This document shows, one piece after another, positions 36,320-48,857 of a DNA stretch of 64,000 nucleotides. The stretch covers positions 343,834-407,833 of the forward strand of contig MNCI01000996.1 of assembly GCA_015680685.1 (NCBI GenBank), given 5' to 3'. Each line of letters begins with the position of its first letter. Within the stretch, counting starts at the first letter, position 1. The notes under the pieces are model-generated. The model was not told the origin of the DNA and did not search any database. It was given only the letters and a program-made list of their open reading frames with translations. Origin of the DNA: Gnetum montanum. Lineage: Eukaryota > Plantae > Gnetophyta. Made by a program: the position numbers and the translations under genes.

Positions 36320-39300
36320 CCTCCCTTGTGTAGTTTCTTCCTAATCTTTAAAATATTGGGGAATGAGTAATGTCTACTCTACACAATCTTATATTCACCA
36401 TCACCTTCATTGACGATGTTAAAAAGGATTTCATCCCATAAAGCATCATGTTGCCCATCATTGTCATCATTGGCTTTCCATTCTATCTTAGGTTGTTGAA
36501 TTCTATGAATGAGAGCTTCTTCTTGAAGCTCCACTTTAGCCCTCTACTCTATGTTCACATTATTAATAGACAAGGACACTACATTATCACCATGAATGAT
36601 GATTTCACCTTCGTCATAAGGAAGGTGAATTTCTTAGAGGATGAGAGAGGACACTACTCATAATTAAGACAACCAAGATTTTCCTAGGATAAGTTTGAAC
36701 CCTAGTGTCTCCTCCACCACCAAGAAATTGGTGGTTGTGGGTAATTGCTTCCCTGCCATAAAATCCAAGGAGATAGATCAATTGATAACAACCCTTGATC
36801 TTTTGAAGGACTTAACAGCTACAGTGGTTGTAGGCTACATCTACTTAGTTAGGCCTAGGTTTTCAACAATGGTGTATGGGATGATGTTACTTGTGGCTCC
36901 ATCATCAACATGCACTTGATGTACTTTAAACTACCTTACACATATGGTTATGAATATAGAAGCCCTAGTTACATCACCATTTTTGGGATTAACATTTATT
37001 TTTCTATCACGAAACACTAGGGGTGTTGACTTCTCCTCCCTTGATGATGAAGGGGACCATTACTGCATGAATGGCTTTCTCATTAGCTAGGATGTCCTTA
37101 ATAATGGAGATGGAAGTCAACATGTTAACTAATTCCTTACAATGTGTAGAAAAAGTCATGATTAGGTCATACAAGCTTACAGTTGTATTCTTTTTCTTAA
37201 GGGATTGCTTGACTTGGTCCATTGCATTGAGGAAGTTTCTAACATTAGCCATGGGCTTGTTGTCCCAGTTGTGCTTCATGTGTTCCAAAATGTAAATTTA
37301 GCTTTAGCTTGTGGCTGTTCATGTTTTTCCTCATTTTTCTAGTTATGGATCTTAGGATCCTCCTATGGCTTGTTGATTAAAGTGGATTGGGCAAAGGAGG
37401 TCATGGGAATAGTTGATATGGAAGTGGGCTTTGGTGGGAAAACTTTATTTTTTGCCTTCATATGCTTGTCACCCTTGTTGGTAGGCTTTTGATTAGACTT
37501 CTTCCTTTTCTTAGTTGAGGCTTTCTAATTTTCAATCATTAGTTGTGAGGAAGAGGCAATAACATTAGCCACCATAGGAGGTTGTTGTGTAGTTGGTTGG
37601 GCTATGGCTAGTTGGGTCATGTTATGCTAGGGGTACCCTAATGATAAAAGGTTTCCTGAAAGGCATGTGTGATGGTACTCTTATGACCAAGGATCTTAAG
37701 CTAGTGGAAACTAAAGAAGCCCTTTCATTACAAAGGGCTACTCAGATCAAGAATGGTTCTTTTGAGGATCTCCGACCATCATCAATGTTGAATGTCGAAA
37801 TAACATAAGAGTTGTCATTAGTATTCAATGGGTCTTTGTAGATCTACATCAACTAATTTTATGCTTAGACTGGGTTGGAAGCATCTAAGACCAACTTACC
37901 CCTATCTCTCATCCTCTACAAGTCATCCTTCAACATGAGGCAGAAGTTTATGTCATAATCACGTAGTTGGTAATAATGGTAGAAGTGGTCTAGTTTGAAG
38001 TATCTAGGTAGTTTTGGATCATCCTTTATTTCTTGAGTGCATTCTTTCACTATTTTGAATGGTCACTCATGCTTCTTATCAGTGGCTTCAATCATCTATT
38101 TGTATTGCATGCATTCACTCTTTAGTAGTTTGTCTGAAAACTCAGATGGCTTTAGAGGTAAGGTTGTGTACTTACTATGGTCTTTCCACTCGAATTTTGA
38201 CCTAGTTGTAGTCAATGTTGTGGCCTCAAAGGTTGATGGTTATTTATTATGGTCATTAGTGGGGGCTTTAGGTGGGTTGGCCCTTGGTCCTTGGTTTGTG
38301 ATCTTTGCTTTTTATATTAAATTTGCTATGGTCATGTTGTTTTGTTTACTCTTCTACTTGTCTCTTCACATATGTGCATTTTTATACACTACGTAGGCTA
38401 GATCATGATTGGCCTTTGCAGCATCCTCTATATTCTTGGTTTGAGAAAAATATTGGCTGAGAGATTGTGGATCAAGGTAGTAGAGTTTGGAGTTGATGAA
38501 GTCATTAGCCTTCCCCTTAAATATAGCTAGAAGGTGTGCTTTAGCTATAGGCTCTAGTATTTCATTCAAAAGTTCATTCCACCACTAGATGAACTTCTAC
38601 ATGGGTTCTAGCGACCCCTACTTGATCTTCATGAGTTTGTCAAGCATGGCTTCAAGCTATACCTGAAGTAGTTAACAAACTAGGCTCTCAACTCCTCTAG
38701 AGAGAATATGAATACTCTAGGTAATGTGAAATAACAATCAAGTGCTTTCATAGTCAAGTACATAGGGGAAATCCTCATGATGATATGAGGCAACGACTAC
38801 AAGACTAAGCACTTGGATTGAAAGGTATTAAGATGAGCATTAGGATCACCTTTTCCATTATACTTGGTAAATTGGGAAATAGGGACACCAAGAGGAAGTG
38901 TCAATGGTGGGACCACAAGACTAATGGGATCATCATGGTAAAAGTCCATAATCTTGATAGTTTGTAAAGTAGAGGCTTCAAGCCTCTTCGATTCCTCTAT
39001 TAGGTCCTGGCTCATCTAGAAACCTTGATCTAGGCCTTGTGATGGCTCTATTGGCTATAAGGTTTGTACATATGATTGTGGCATTTTTTGTAAGGCTTGT
39101 GGCCTCACTATGGGTTGTAGAATAGAAGGAAGTTGTTGCATTATGATCTTAGCTTGTGTGCCAAACAAGGAAAAGGATGTTTGTGTTAATACCTAAGGCA
39201 CAAATCAAATAAAAGGGGTGTGTAATCCCTAAGTTGCTTGGGGTCCCATGGTGGACCTCACATAAGCCATTGGTGGATTTGTGGTGGTGAAAACCACCCT

Positions 39301-39954
39301 TGATGGTTGTATAGATTGAGGTTATATGGCAAATGACATAGATGTGTTATAGTTCATTGGCAGTGACATTGATTGGGCTTGATGAATGGCTATGATTGGT
39401 GTCGGACTAGCCATGGTGGGGTAGGAGGGAGCGGAAGATGATGGTACAATGCCTATGGAGAAAAGAAAAGCATTAATGGAACGTGTTGTGACCTTGGGGG
39501 ATGTTTTTTAAGACAATCCTCCGAAGATGTTTTCAAGCTCAAATTCCACCCTAAGTTCATCCTTCTCCTCCTATTGTTCCTCCAAGCTATGCTTGCCATC
39601 TTCCTTCTCCATCTTCATTAATTAGGCTAGGATACCTACATAGATGTCATTGAGAGGTATTTGATCATAGGGGGAAGTGAGGTACTCTTTACCATTATGA
39701 TGGATGACTTCAAACTCCATTTTGGCTTCTGGTTTCATGCATGGAATTAACATGTCTGTCTACATCTTAGCATAAATGTAGTTATATTGGTCTTCATTCA
39801 TTATCACAAAGTTAGTACCTTTCCCCCTAACCTTCAAAGATTACCTACATTCGATGATAGTAGGGTCTTTGGGGTCATAGACCCTCATGGCTTATTGGCT
39901 AGGACCTTCACTAGTAAAGGTGAAAGGCAACTTGGTGAACTACTAGAAAGACAT
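36320..39954 (-). pseudogene. gag: E2 gag-protease
   Basis: FTKYNGKGDPNAHLNTF; INSKLYYLDPQSL; HVDDGATSNIIP protease motif near 36900. Confidence 0.85.
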
Positions 39955-40648
39955 AGTTATATTGCTAAAAATGGCTTAAAGTAGGCTATAAATGATAAAA
40001 CAAAGGTATATTCTAGTGAATGAAATTCAAAAACATTTAAAAGAAAAATGAAGTACCTACTATAATTAGTAAGTTGGGAGTAAGGAGGATTTTTCCCTTT
40101 ACCAAAAATAAAAAGCTAAGAATGTTGGTATTAAGCCTCATCCAAGTTGGCCTTCCAACTACCTCTATGCTAGGTATGGTAGGGGAGGAAAGAAGGGAGT
40201 TCTGATGATGGGAATCTCAAACCTTTTAATCCAATGTTAATGAGGGGGAAGGTTAAAAACAAAAGTGGAAAGTTAATCTTTTTCCACTAAAACTAGTTTT
40301 AGCAAGTTACCAATTTTCTTAGCTATGAAAGTTAGGGGAAAGTTAACTTTTGAAAGTTTGATGGTTTCTAAAAGGGTTGCACCACCAACTTTAGAAACTG
40401 GAAAAAATTGGCATTAAAAAGAAAGAAAAAATGTGGAAAGATTTCAATGTCAGCTTTGGACTCAAAAATTCATAGCAAGTAATTTGAAAAAACACCCCCC
40501 TAACCACATGTAACTTTCACATTGCAATACTAGTCACAAGGGGAAAAGAGCAGCATTGGTTTTTCAAAGTTTTAGCTACAAAAAAATACTTTCAACTTGT
40601 GATGTTATCTATGAAAAATATAGATCTAGTTACAAAAATTTGGTTGAG

Positions 40649-40666
40649 ACCCTCCTTCCAGTGCCA
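40649..40666 (-). promoter_or_regulatory. Primer-binding site (tRNA-Asn type) of E2
   Basis: Minus strand TGGCACTGGAAGGAGGGT, 7 nt from the LTR end at 40674. Confidence 0.8.
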
Positions 40667-41363
40667 AGAAAACTATTGTAATCAGAAAAATTGATCGCTA
40701 GAAAACTGATGAATCCAGTGTAGAAACCTCAACCTATAATCCACAAGGCCTCCAAGAAATGGAATTCCAGGAGCCCTAGCTGATCTAATAGATCAACCAA
40801 GGACTTACGAGGACTTGAAAAATAAGGTAATAAAAATAGAGTGCAAAAACTGATAACAAATCTAAATAATGCACGAAAAAAAACAAATGTATTTTACACA
40901 TAGAACCCAAAACCTAAAAAATTTATTAAAAAGGAATAAAGAATAAGTTAGAGAAATATGTACAAATGGTGGCTGAGTGGGTAGTAGTGAGATTCACATG
41001 GATAGGGTCCAAGGTTCATTGAAGTTAATGCAGTCAACTCCACAAGCTGGATGTGCTACCACTCCTAATGCTAGTGACCCTCCTGTGTTGCTACTTCAAA
41101 TATATAACGTTGGCAATGGTGAAAGTTAATAAGTGTTAAGGATGCAAGCTACCCAAGTGCTCTATACTAGGAGTTGGAAATCCCAAAAGTGTAGTGTGGA
41201 GCCTAAAAACTTACAAATGGAGTGTTAAAATCTAGCTTTTGTGGCTTCCACATTTGGGGCATGCAATATCTACACCTAGGGAAAAAGCTTCTAAGCTAAG
41301 GGGAAACCCCCCATCACTCCACATGAGGGGTAGGTAAGATTTACCCCTGCAAATGTTTTCAAC

Positions 41364-42471
41364 TGATGAGTGGCGAGGTACCCCTACACTCAACCATACG
41401 AATACGAGCGTGCATGCGTGATCCGGTCGAACTCTGCAGACTAAATGCCTTAATGCCACAAGAAACACTTGGGGTTAATCATTCATTGTCTTCCCAGCCT
41501 TACTTGTATGTGTCACAGTGTATGGTTAAGCAAGTATGAGGTATGTGATTTTTTTGGTATTTTCTAGTTTATCGCCTATGCTATGAGAAGAAGGGGTGAG
41601 AAACTAAGATAACTCTAACTAAGATCCTAAGTCTAATTTAACTAGCGTCAGCATCCGTTCCCACTTACCGGACACACCCTGAACTATGAAACTGTGGCTT
41701 ACCAAACGCTAACCGTTACTGGGATCGCCACACGTAACGCAAGTGCTCGAAGTGGTCGTACTAAGACACCTATTTAGCCTAAGTGTGATAAGCAGTCGAT
41801 TCCTTAGCTAGCCGTACACACCCGTGGGTGCTTGTAACTAAGTCGTACTTATCACACGTCTAGCCTAGAAATGAGCAGCTGATTCCTCAACTAGCCATAC
41901 ACATTGGACTACTACTGGGATTACCAAGCGTAGAATCCTGGAATACGCTACTGGGTTACCAAGCAATCTGATGCTTGTAGTTAAGTTGTACTCATGCGTT
42001 GCGACAAGCAGCCGATTCCTTGATTAGCTGTACACATCCGTGGATGCTCGTAATCAAGTCGTACTTGTACGCACTAGGAAAGTAGTAAATAAACAGCAAT
42101 AAATAAAGCCATGTGCTACAAGGTTTATCCAATCAAGTTCATCTTTATTACCATACACAACTTGGGTTTAGGTTACAAGTTGCTCGAATAAAGAGTCGTT
42201 CACTCTAGGACTACTACTGCGGGCACATGGGAAAAATTCTAACTCTAGAGTGATCAATCTACCAAAGCTTCGCTACTTCTAGCCAGGATTGGGAAATGAA
42301 GGGAGTGCCGCCTCTTATTTATAGATATGGTGGCGGACCGCAATATCACATACGCGATATCGCAGGGAAAGAAGCGATATCGCGTACGCGATATCGCAGG
42401 GGATGCGATATCACGGCGGTCGCAATATCACATACGCGATATCGTGGCATAGTGCATGTTGCATCTCATCA
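41364..42471 (-). repeat. 3' LTR of the Athila-like element (1108 bp)
   Basis: High similarity to 47826-48857; adjacent to the PPT. Confidence 0.95.
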
Positions 42472-42484
42472 TACCCCCATGACT
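42472..42484 (-). promoter_or_regulatory. Polypurine tract (AGTCATGGGGGTA); exact internal copy at 43054-43066
   Basis: Directly abuts the 3' LTR TG on the minus strand. Confidence 0.75.
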
Positions 42485-43690
42485 GAATGAAAACTCATCC
42501 TCGAGTTCCTTACAATAATATCAGGTAGGTATGGGATTATTAGGGAAAATGGAACTAATGGGATGACATGTGAACGGGTCTTTATTACAAGACTTGACAA
42601 AACTGGTGTTCATGACAACAAGGTTGAACACCTTATTACAATGACATCAGGCCATAGTTGGCAACTGTAGAGAAAGAGAGAGATAGAAAGAAGTGTTGTT
42701 ATTGCCAACGCCAAGATTGCGTCCTTTGTTGTCCATCCGTAAGCGCATTATCAATCTTGCTCCTTGCATAGCTGCTTCAACGTTGCTCCATTCCAAGTGT
42801 TTGCTCCAGCTCTAGATCCAATTTGTTGTTGTATGATTGCCATCTACACACACAACACAATCATATATTAGCAAGGGTAATTGAATTATTAAGTAAATAA
42901 TACCTTGCTTCGGGGTAGGTTCATTGGCTAAGTTGTGGTATGGCTGATATGGATCTGGGAATATGTAGATGATGACTACTGAAGGTGTAGGGGTTAGGAA
43001 GAGAAATGAAAAAAATTTGGGGCTTAGGAGAAAAATCGAAAAAGTAGGCCTCGTACCCCCATGACTAATCGTGAACCTCCGGTAGCGGTAGAATGGAGAA
43101 AGAAAAGGAGTAATAAAGATAGGTAAAAAGGGACAACTATGGCATTAGTGAAGGGGATGTCAAGATGAAAATGAACAAAAATAATCAATTGTAAAATGTT
43201 AAAGAAAATAAGTTAACTAATGCCCCAAATAGGAATGTCAGTGGGTCCTCCCCAAAGCAGGCTCATGCCCTTAATGCCCTGACAATCCCACATTCAAAGA
43301 GTCCGTAGGCTCTAGGAATGTCCTTTGGAACAAGAGTTAAAGTCTTAACTAGAAGAATTTACCAAAAAGAAAACAAAGCATCAACCAAAATATATACTAA
43401 TGATACAACCGACAATGAGGTGAACAATGGAGAGAAGGATGGGAAGAAGATAAGTGGAATGGAATCCCAAGAACAAGGTGGTGTACAGCCCCTTGTGTGT
43501 TATATGATTAATGTAACTTGGCAAATCTCATCCCAACACCGGCTCAAACTGACCACTTCCAATGACTTCACATCAATGCAGTTGGTTAAATCATCCACTT
43601 GGATAACAAGGATGCACCTTCGAGAGTCACCACCATTCCAACGAAACAAAGGAGAGAATGGGAAGCGAGAAGGGCCTTAGTTAGAGGGAA

Positions 43691-43870
43691 NNNNNNNNNN
43701 NNNNNNNNNNNNNNNNNNNNNNNNNNNNNNNNNNNNNNNNNNNNNNNNNNNNNNNNNNNNNNNNNNNNNNNNNNNNNNNNNNNNNNNNNNNNNNNNNNNN
43801 NNNNNNNNNNNNNNNNNNNNNNNNNNNNNNNNNNNNNNNNNNNNNNNNNNNNNNNNNNNNNNNNNNNNNN
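43691..43870. other. Assembly gap (N)
   Basis: Run of N. Confidence 1.
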
Positions 43871-43983
43871 AAAAAAAAAAGAAAGCTAAAAAGCTAAAAG
43901 AGAGGATTCAAAGCACACCCCTTAGACGGAATAAATTTGGGCTACAAGCACTGGTTATGGAACCAAAGTGTTCCCTCTAACTA

Positions 43984-44732
43984 NNNNNNNNNNNNNNNNN
44001 NNNNNNNNNNNNNNNNNNNNNNNNNNNNNNNNNNNNNNNNNNNNNNNNNNNNNNNNNNNNNNNNNNNNNNNNNNNNNNNNNNNNNNNNNNNNNNNNNNNN
44101 NNNNNNNNNNNNNNNNNNNNNNNNNNNNNNNNNNNNNNNNNNNNNNNNNNNNNNNNNNNNNNNNNNNNNNNNNNNNNNNNNNNNNNNNNNNNNNNNNNNN
44201 NNNNNNNNNNNNNNNNNNNNNNNNNNNNNNNNNNNNNNNNNNNNNNNNNNNNNNNNNNNNNNNNNNNNNNNNNNNNNNNNNNNNNNNNNNNNNNNNNNNN
44301 NNNNNNNNNNNNNNNNNNNNNNNNNNNNNNNNNNNNNNNNNNNNNNNNNNNNNNNNNNNNNNNNNNNNNNNNNNNNNNNNNNNNNNNNNNNNNNNNNNNN
44401 NNNNNNNNNNNNNNNNNNNNNNNNNNNNNNNNNNNNNNNNNNNNNNNNNNNNNNNNNNNNNNNNNNNNNNNNNNNNNNNNNNNNNNNNNNNNNNNNNNNN
44501 NNNNNNNNNNNNNNNNNNNNNNNNNNNNNNNNNNNNNNNNNNNNNNNNNNNNNNNNNNNNNNNNNNNNNNNNNNNNNNNNNNNNNNNNNNNNNNNNNNNN
44601 NNNNNNNNNNNNNNNNNNNNNNNNNNNNNNNNNNNNNNNNNNNNNNNNNNNNNNNNNNNNNNNNNNNNNNNNNNNNNNNNNNNNNNNNNNNNNNNNNNNN
44701 NNNNNNNNNNNNNNNNNNNNNNNNNNNNNNNN
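43984..44732. other. Assembly gap (N)
   Basis: Run of N. Confidence 1.
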
Positions 44733-47701
44733 GAGATTTCCAAGGAAAGATCGCGGATCCTAAGGCATGTGTCTACTGTGCTTAGCCATGTCCTTCCCAT
44801 TATAATTGGGAAATCCCTTTCGTTGTTGTGAACATCAATCACTAGAAAATCCGCTGGGTAGGACCAACCACACACAGTGGTAATAACATCCTCCACCAAT
44901 CCTAAGGGAATGATGATGGACTGGTCTGCCAACTCTAGTTGGATGTTGCTCTTCTTAAGTTGGGGCAGGTTCCAGGCATGATACATCTTTTGCGAAATTA
45001 AGTTGACTCCGGAACCTGAATCAAGAAGAGCTTGATGTGGTGCATTCCCAGCGATTTACAAATAAATAAAGGGACTCCCAGGGTTAGTTAATTTCCTGGG
45101 AAGGTAGCCTACATTGATCCAGTCAGTTACGGTATGTGTCAACATAACCGTATGCGTTACACTCCCTTGGACTGAAGGGTTCTCCGAAGCGTTAGTGGTT
45201 AGAGGCCTATACATGTACCCATCCACTTGTTGTTGTGAGAGTTTGTCTGGGCTCCTAGTTCTAAGAAAAGGTCTCTTCTTTGTACAGTTGTCGCCATAAC
45301 TAGTACCCGATTGGATATTTACACTCTAAATATTTACAGCTCTCGCGGCATGACGTTGCTGCGGTTGGGTAGGCAATTCCCCTTGCATTGTTGGAGCAGG
45401 AGGTGTTATGGGAAATACCTGAGGAAGAGGTGCGGGCGGAGTTAGAGGATGGACGGTCTGTGAGATGTCTCCTGGAGGAGAAGGAGTCATTCTGAAGTAC
45501 TCCCGAGCTTGGTAGCGACATTGGGGGGTAGTGTGACCCATAGAGTCACCTGGAGAAACTGGCTACTGCACATAATAACCATAAGGATCAGGCTACCGGT
45601 AAGGGTATTGATGTGCTGGCGGTGGCATCCCCCATGACTGTGGGTATTGCCACTATTGATGTTGTCCAATGGGCTGTGGAGGCGTTCCACTTGGATAATA
45701 CGTTAAGGGTTGGTGAAACTGCCATGGGTTACCTTGTGGATAAGGTAACCTTCTGGGTGTTTGTCGTTGGTTAAGTCTTGGATTTAATGCATACACCCCA
45801 GACTCCTGTAGATGTGAGATATATGGGCAACATCCCTTAGGATGGTCATAATAGTAGACCTCACATCCACCATCATTGTCTGAATCAGAATTTTCAGCCT
45901 CATCAGAGATAGGAATTTTTCCCTTACCCTTGTTATGTGCAGGGTTAAAGTTTCTCCACATGTTTTTGCCTTTGTCACTACTTTTCTCAACCTTATACTC
46001 TTCTACTATTTTCAGGAATGTTTCTATCCGTGAGTCTAAGGAATCCCACATTTGGTCTACCTTAGCCGATACCTCAGTTGTTAACTTTTGGATCAGCATG
46101 ATTTTCCAGTTTACCAACTCTTCGAGTGGTGACTCATCCTCCTCATCACAGAATTTCACTCCCTTCTTGAGAAGGGAGGGATCGCGGTTGTATTCCTCTG
46201 CACTTTCTCTCTTCCGTAGCTCACCCTTTTCTTGCACTACTTGTTCCAACAAAACTTCAACTTCATGGGCTCTTAGTTGGAAAAGTCTCCCTTTGGCATA
46301 AGTCCCAAGAGTTCTTCTTGTTTCACTTTGTAGCCCATCCACGATGTGGCAAAGTTGATCCCACTTAGCGTACCCATGGCCCAGGCAATGATGTAGCAGT
46401 GTGTAATAACGGGCCATGGCAGCATCCAAGGATTCATGAGTACCTTGTTTCCAGCCTTGGATCTGCTTCCGCAAATTGGACACTCTGGAGTACGTTTGGT
46501 ATTTGTTGTTGAAAAATTCGAGCATCGTACTCCACCTCCTAATGGTTTCCAATTCTAAGGACTAGTACCAGCTCTTTGCTTCTCTAGTGAGTGTCCTTGG
46601 GAACAACTTGAGTTTCTACCACTCATTATCTATGTTCTGCAAGGCACCGGCATCGTGGAATGCCTTTAAATGATGTTGAGGATTAGCGTTGTATCCCCCT
46701 TCAAAACGTGGGATATTATTTATGTCCAAACGCTTGATCCTACTGTCCTTTAAGTGCCGTGTGGAAATCCTAACTGCCTCTCTAATATCTATCATGCTTC
46801 AGGTTACGAATAGGGGTTTGTCATGATCATCTCTTTCATGACGTTTGTGATGTCTACGTGGTGGTTCCCTATTCTCCCTACGTCCTTGCCCTTGTCCTAA
46901 CTCCTCTCAATCTTCCTATCGAGGCATTCCATCTTCCCTTTTACTTTTACTCTCACCGTTATGCTCATGGTGGTTGCGCCCAGATGTGAAAGGAGAGTTT
47001 GAATGGTGAGATGAAGGAGAAGAGGAAGGGGACCCATCACCATGGCGATGTTTCTTACCTTCTCTTCGGCTACTTCGGCTCCAATCATTGTAACGATCCA
47101 AATTCCTATCATTAGTATGAGTGGTTGTTCCTGCTGTGAATAGCTGGTGCTCACGGGGGTCAGAGCCTGGAATATGTATCATTGATCTAAGGCCCTGATG
47201 CCTAACCTCTTCACTAGAGTGAGGAGGAGGAACATCATTTTCTAAGAAACCCATTATGAGGGGTTCCTCATCTCCTATTTCACTAATGACGTGGGGAACC
47301 TTGCCCTTAAACAGTGAATGTTGGCTCTCCTACCATGCATCCCGAATACGTTGTGCATTTTTGGGATGATAATCCCTCATGTCAAAGTCCGCAACGTATT
47401 CAATGAAATGATCTTGCATGCCAATCTGTACCAAGGCACGGAAAAGCATGTTGGGAATAGCTCGATCTGGGGGTAACACAATGTTACCTTGCATATCTCT
47501 CCACCGCAGTTTCTCATCTTGATGGAGAATAAAAGTAAAGTTAGGGACATACTCATCGGGATGAGTATATGTGACTTTAGATTGTTTAGGACATGGCTGA
47601 TCTTGATTATGCGTATGATGCTTACTGTCTCCTGTATTGTCCTTAGGTGAGTTGATTTCGTGAGAAGAAGCCATTTCTAATGCTGCGCTAATTTTTACCA
47701 T
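44733..47701 (-). pseudogene. gag: Athila-like gag-protease: one reading frame of ~990 codons broken only by in-frame stops
   Basis: Track ORFs starting at 47701, 47254, 46552, 45541 and 44986 share one frame; IPRFEGGYNANPQHHLKAF..LKLFPRTLTREAKSWY; WKQGTHESLDAAMARY; LPRKLTNPGSPFI..ALLDSGSGVNL..LELADQS..PADFLVID..PIIMGRTWL. Confidence 0.9.
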
Positions 47702-47806
47702 TATTTATTTTTTGTTCTTAATTAACTGATTAACTCTAAGGTTCGTTTAAGCTCACAACGATGTGAGTGATATCCCTTATGTTCAATTGGCGTAAAAAAC
47801 ACTTAG

Positions 47807-47824
47807 TCCCCAGCAACGGCGCCA
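47807..47824 (-). promoter_or_regulatory. Primer-binding site, tRNA-Asp (Athila-type)
   Basis: Minus strand TGGCGCCGTTGCTGGGGA, 1 mismatch to TGGCGCCGTTGCCGGGGA; 1 nt from the LTR. Confidence 0.9.
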
Positions 47825-47825
47825 A

Positions 47826-48857
47826 TGATGAGTGGTGAGGTACCCCTACACTCAACCATATGAATACGAGCATGCACGCTCGATCTGGTCGAACTCCGCA
47901 GACTAAATGCCTTAACGCCACAAGAAACACTTGGGGTTAATCATTCGTTGTCTTCCCAGCCTTGCTTGTATGTGTCATGGTGTATGGTTAAGCAAGTCTG
48001 AGGTATGTGATTTTTTTGGTATTTTCAGGTTTATCACCTATGCTATGAGAAGAAGGGGTGAGAAACTAAGCTAACTCTAACTAAGATCCTAAGTCTAATT
48101 TAACTAGCGTTAGCATCCATTCCCACTTACCGGACACACCCTGAACTATGCAACTGTGGCTTACCAAACGCTAACCATTACTGGGATCGCCACACGTAAC
48201 GCAAGTGCTCGAAGTGGTTGTACTGAGGCACCTATTTAGCCTAAGTGTGATAAGCAACCGATTCCTTAGCTAGCCATACACACCTGTGGGTGCTTGTAAC
48301 TAAGTTGTACTTATCACACGTCTAGCCTAGCAATGAGCAGTCGATTCCTCAACTAGCCATACACATTGGACTACTACTGGAATTACCAAGTGCAAAATCC
48401 TAGAATACGCTACTGGGTTACCAAGCAATCCGATGCTCGTAGTTAAGTCGTACTCATGCATTGCGACAAGCAGCCGATTCCTTGATTAGCCGTACACATC
48501 CGTGGATGCTCATAATCAAGTTGTACTTGTATGCACTAGGAAAGCAGTAAATAAACAACAATAAATAAAGCCACGTGCTTCAAGGTTTATCCAATCAAGT
48601 TCATCTTTATTGACGTACACAACTTGGGTTTAGGTTACAAGTTGCTCGAATAAAGAGCCATTCACTCTAGGACTCCTACTGCAGGCACATGGGAAAAATT
48701 ATAACTCTAGAGTGATCAATCTGCCAGAGCTTCGCTACTTCTAGCCAGGATTGGGAAATGAAGGGAGTGCCGCCTCTTATTTATAGATATGGTGGCGGAC
48801 AGCGATATCGCAGGGAAAGACGCGATATCGCGGCACAATGCATGTCGCGTCTCATCA
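47826..48857 (-). repeat. 5' LTR of the Athila-like element (1032 bp)
   Basis: TATAAATAAG on the minus strand at ~48776-48785, preceded by GCGATATCGC palindromes. Confidence 0.95.

Larger units (their letters stand above)
41364..48857 (-). mobile_element. Athila-like Ty3/gypsy element (gag-pro visible; RT/INT not seen; contains two N gaps)
   Basis: LTR pair with TGATGAG/CTCATCA termini; TSD TCAAC/CCAAC; tRNA-Asp PBS; PPT; Athila-type protease. Confidence 0.93.

Noticed and set aside
43599-44986. Long ORFs of 96-343 aa in the ORF track
   Set aside because: Their length comes from N runs; only the protease part (44733-44986, minus) is real.
45876-46301. 141-aa plus-strand ORF and other short ORFs opposite gag
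   Set aside because: Shadow ORFs antisense to gag with no independent motif support.
46897-47701. Separate upstream ORF(s) before Athila gag (Ogre ORF1-like)
   Set aside because: The ORFs at 47330-47701 and 46916-47254 are in the same frame as gag and separated only by TAG/TGA stops; better explained as one decayed ORF.
47807-47824. tRNA gene fragment
   Set aside because: Only the 18-nt 3'-end complement next to an LTR, so it is a PBS; there is no cloverleaf.
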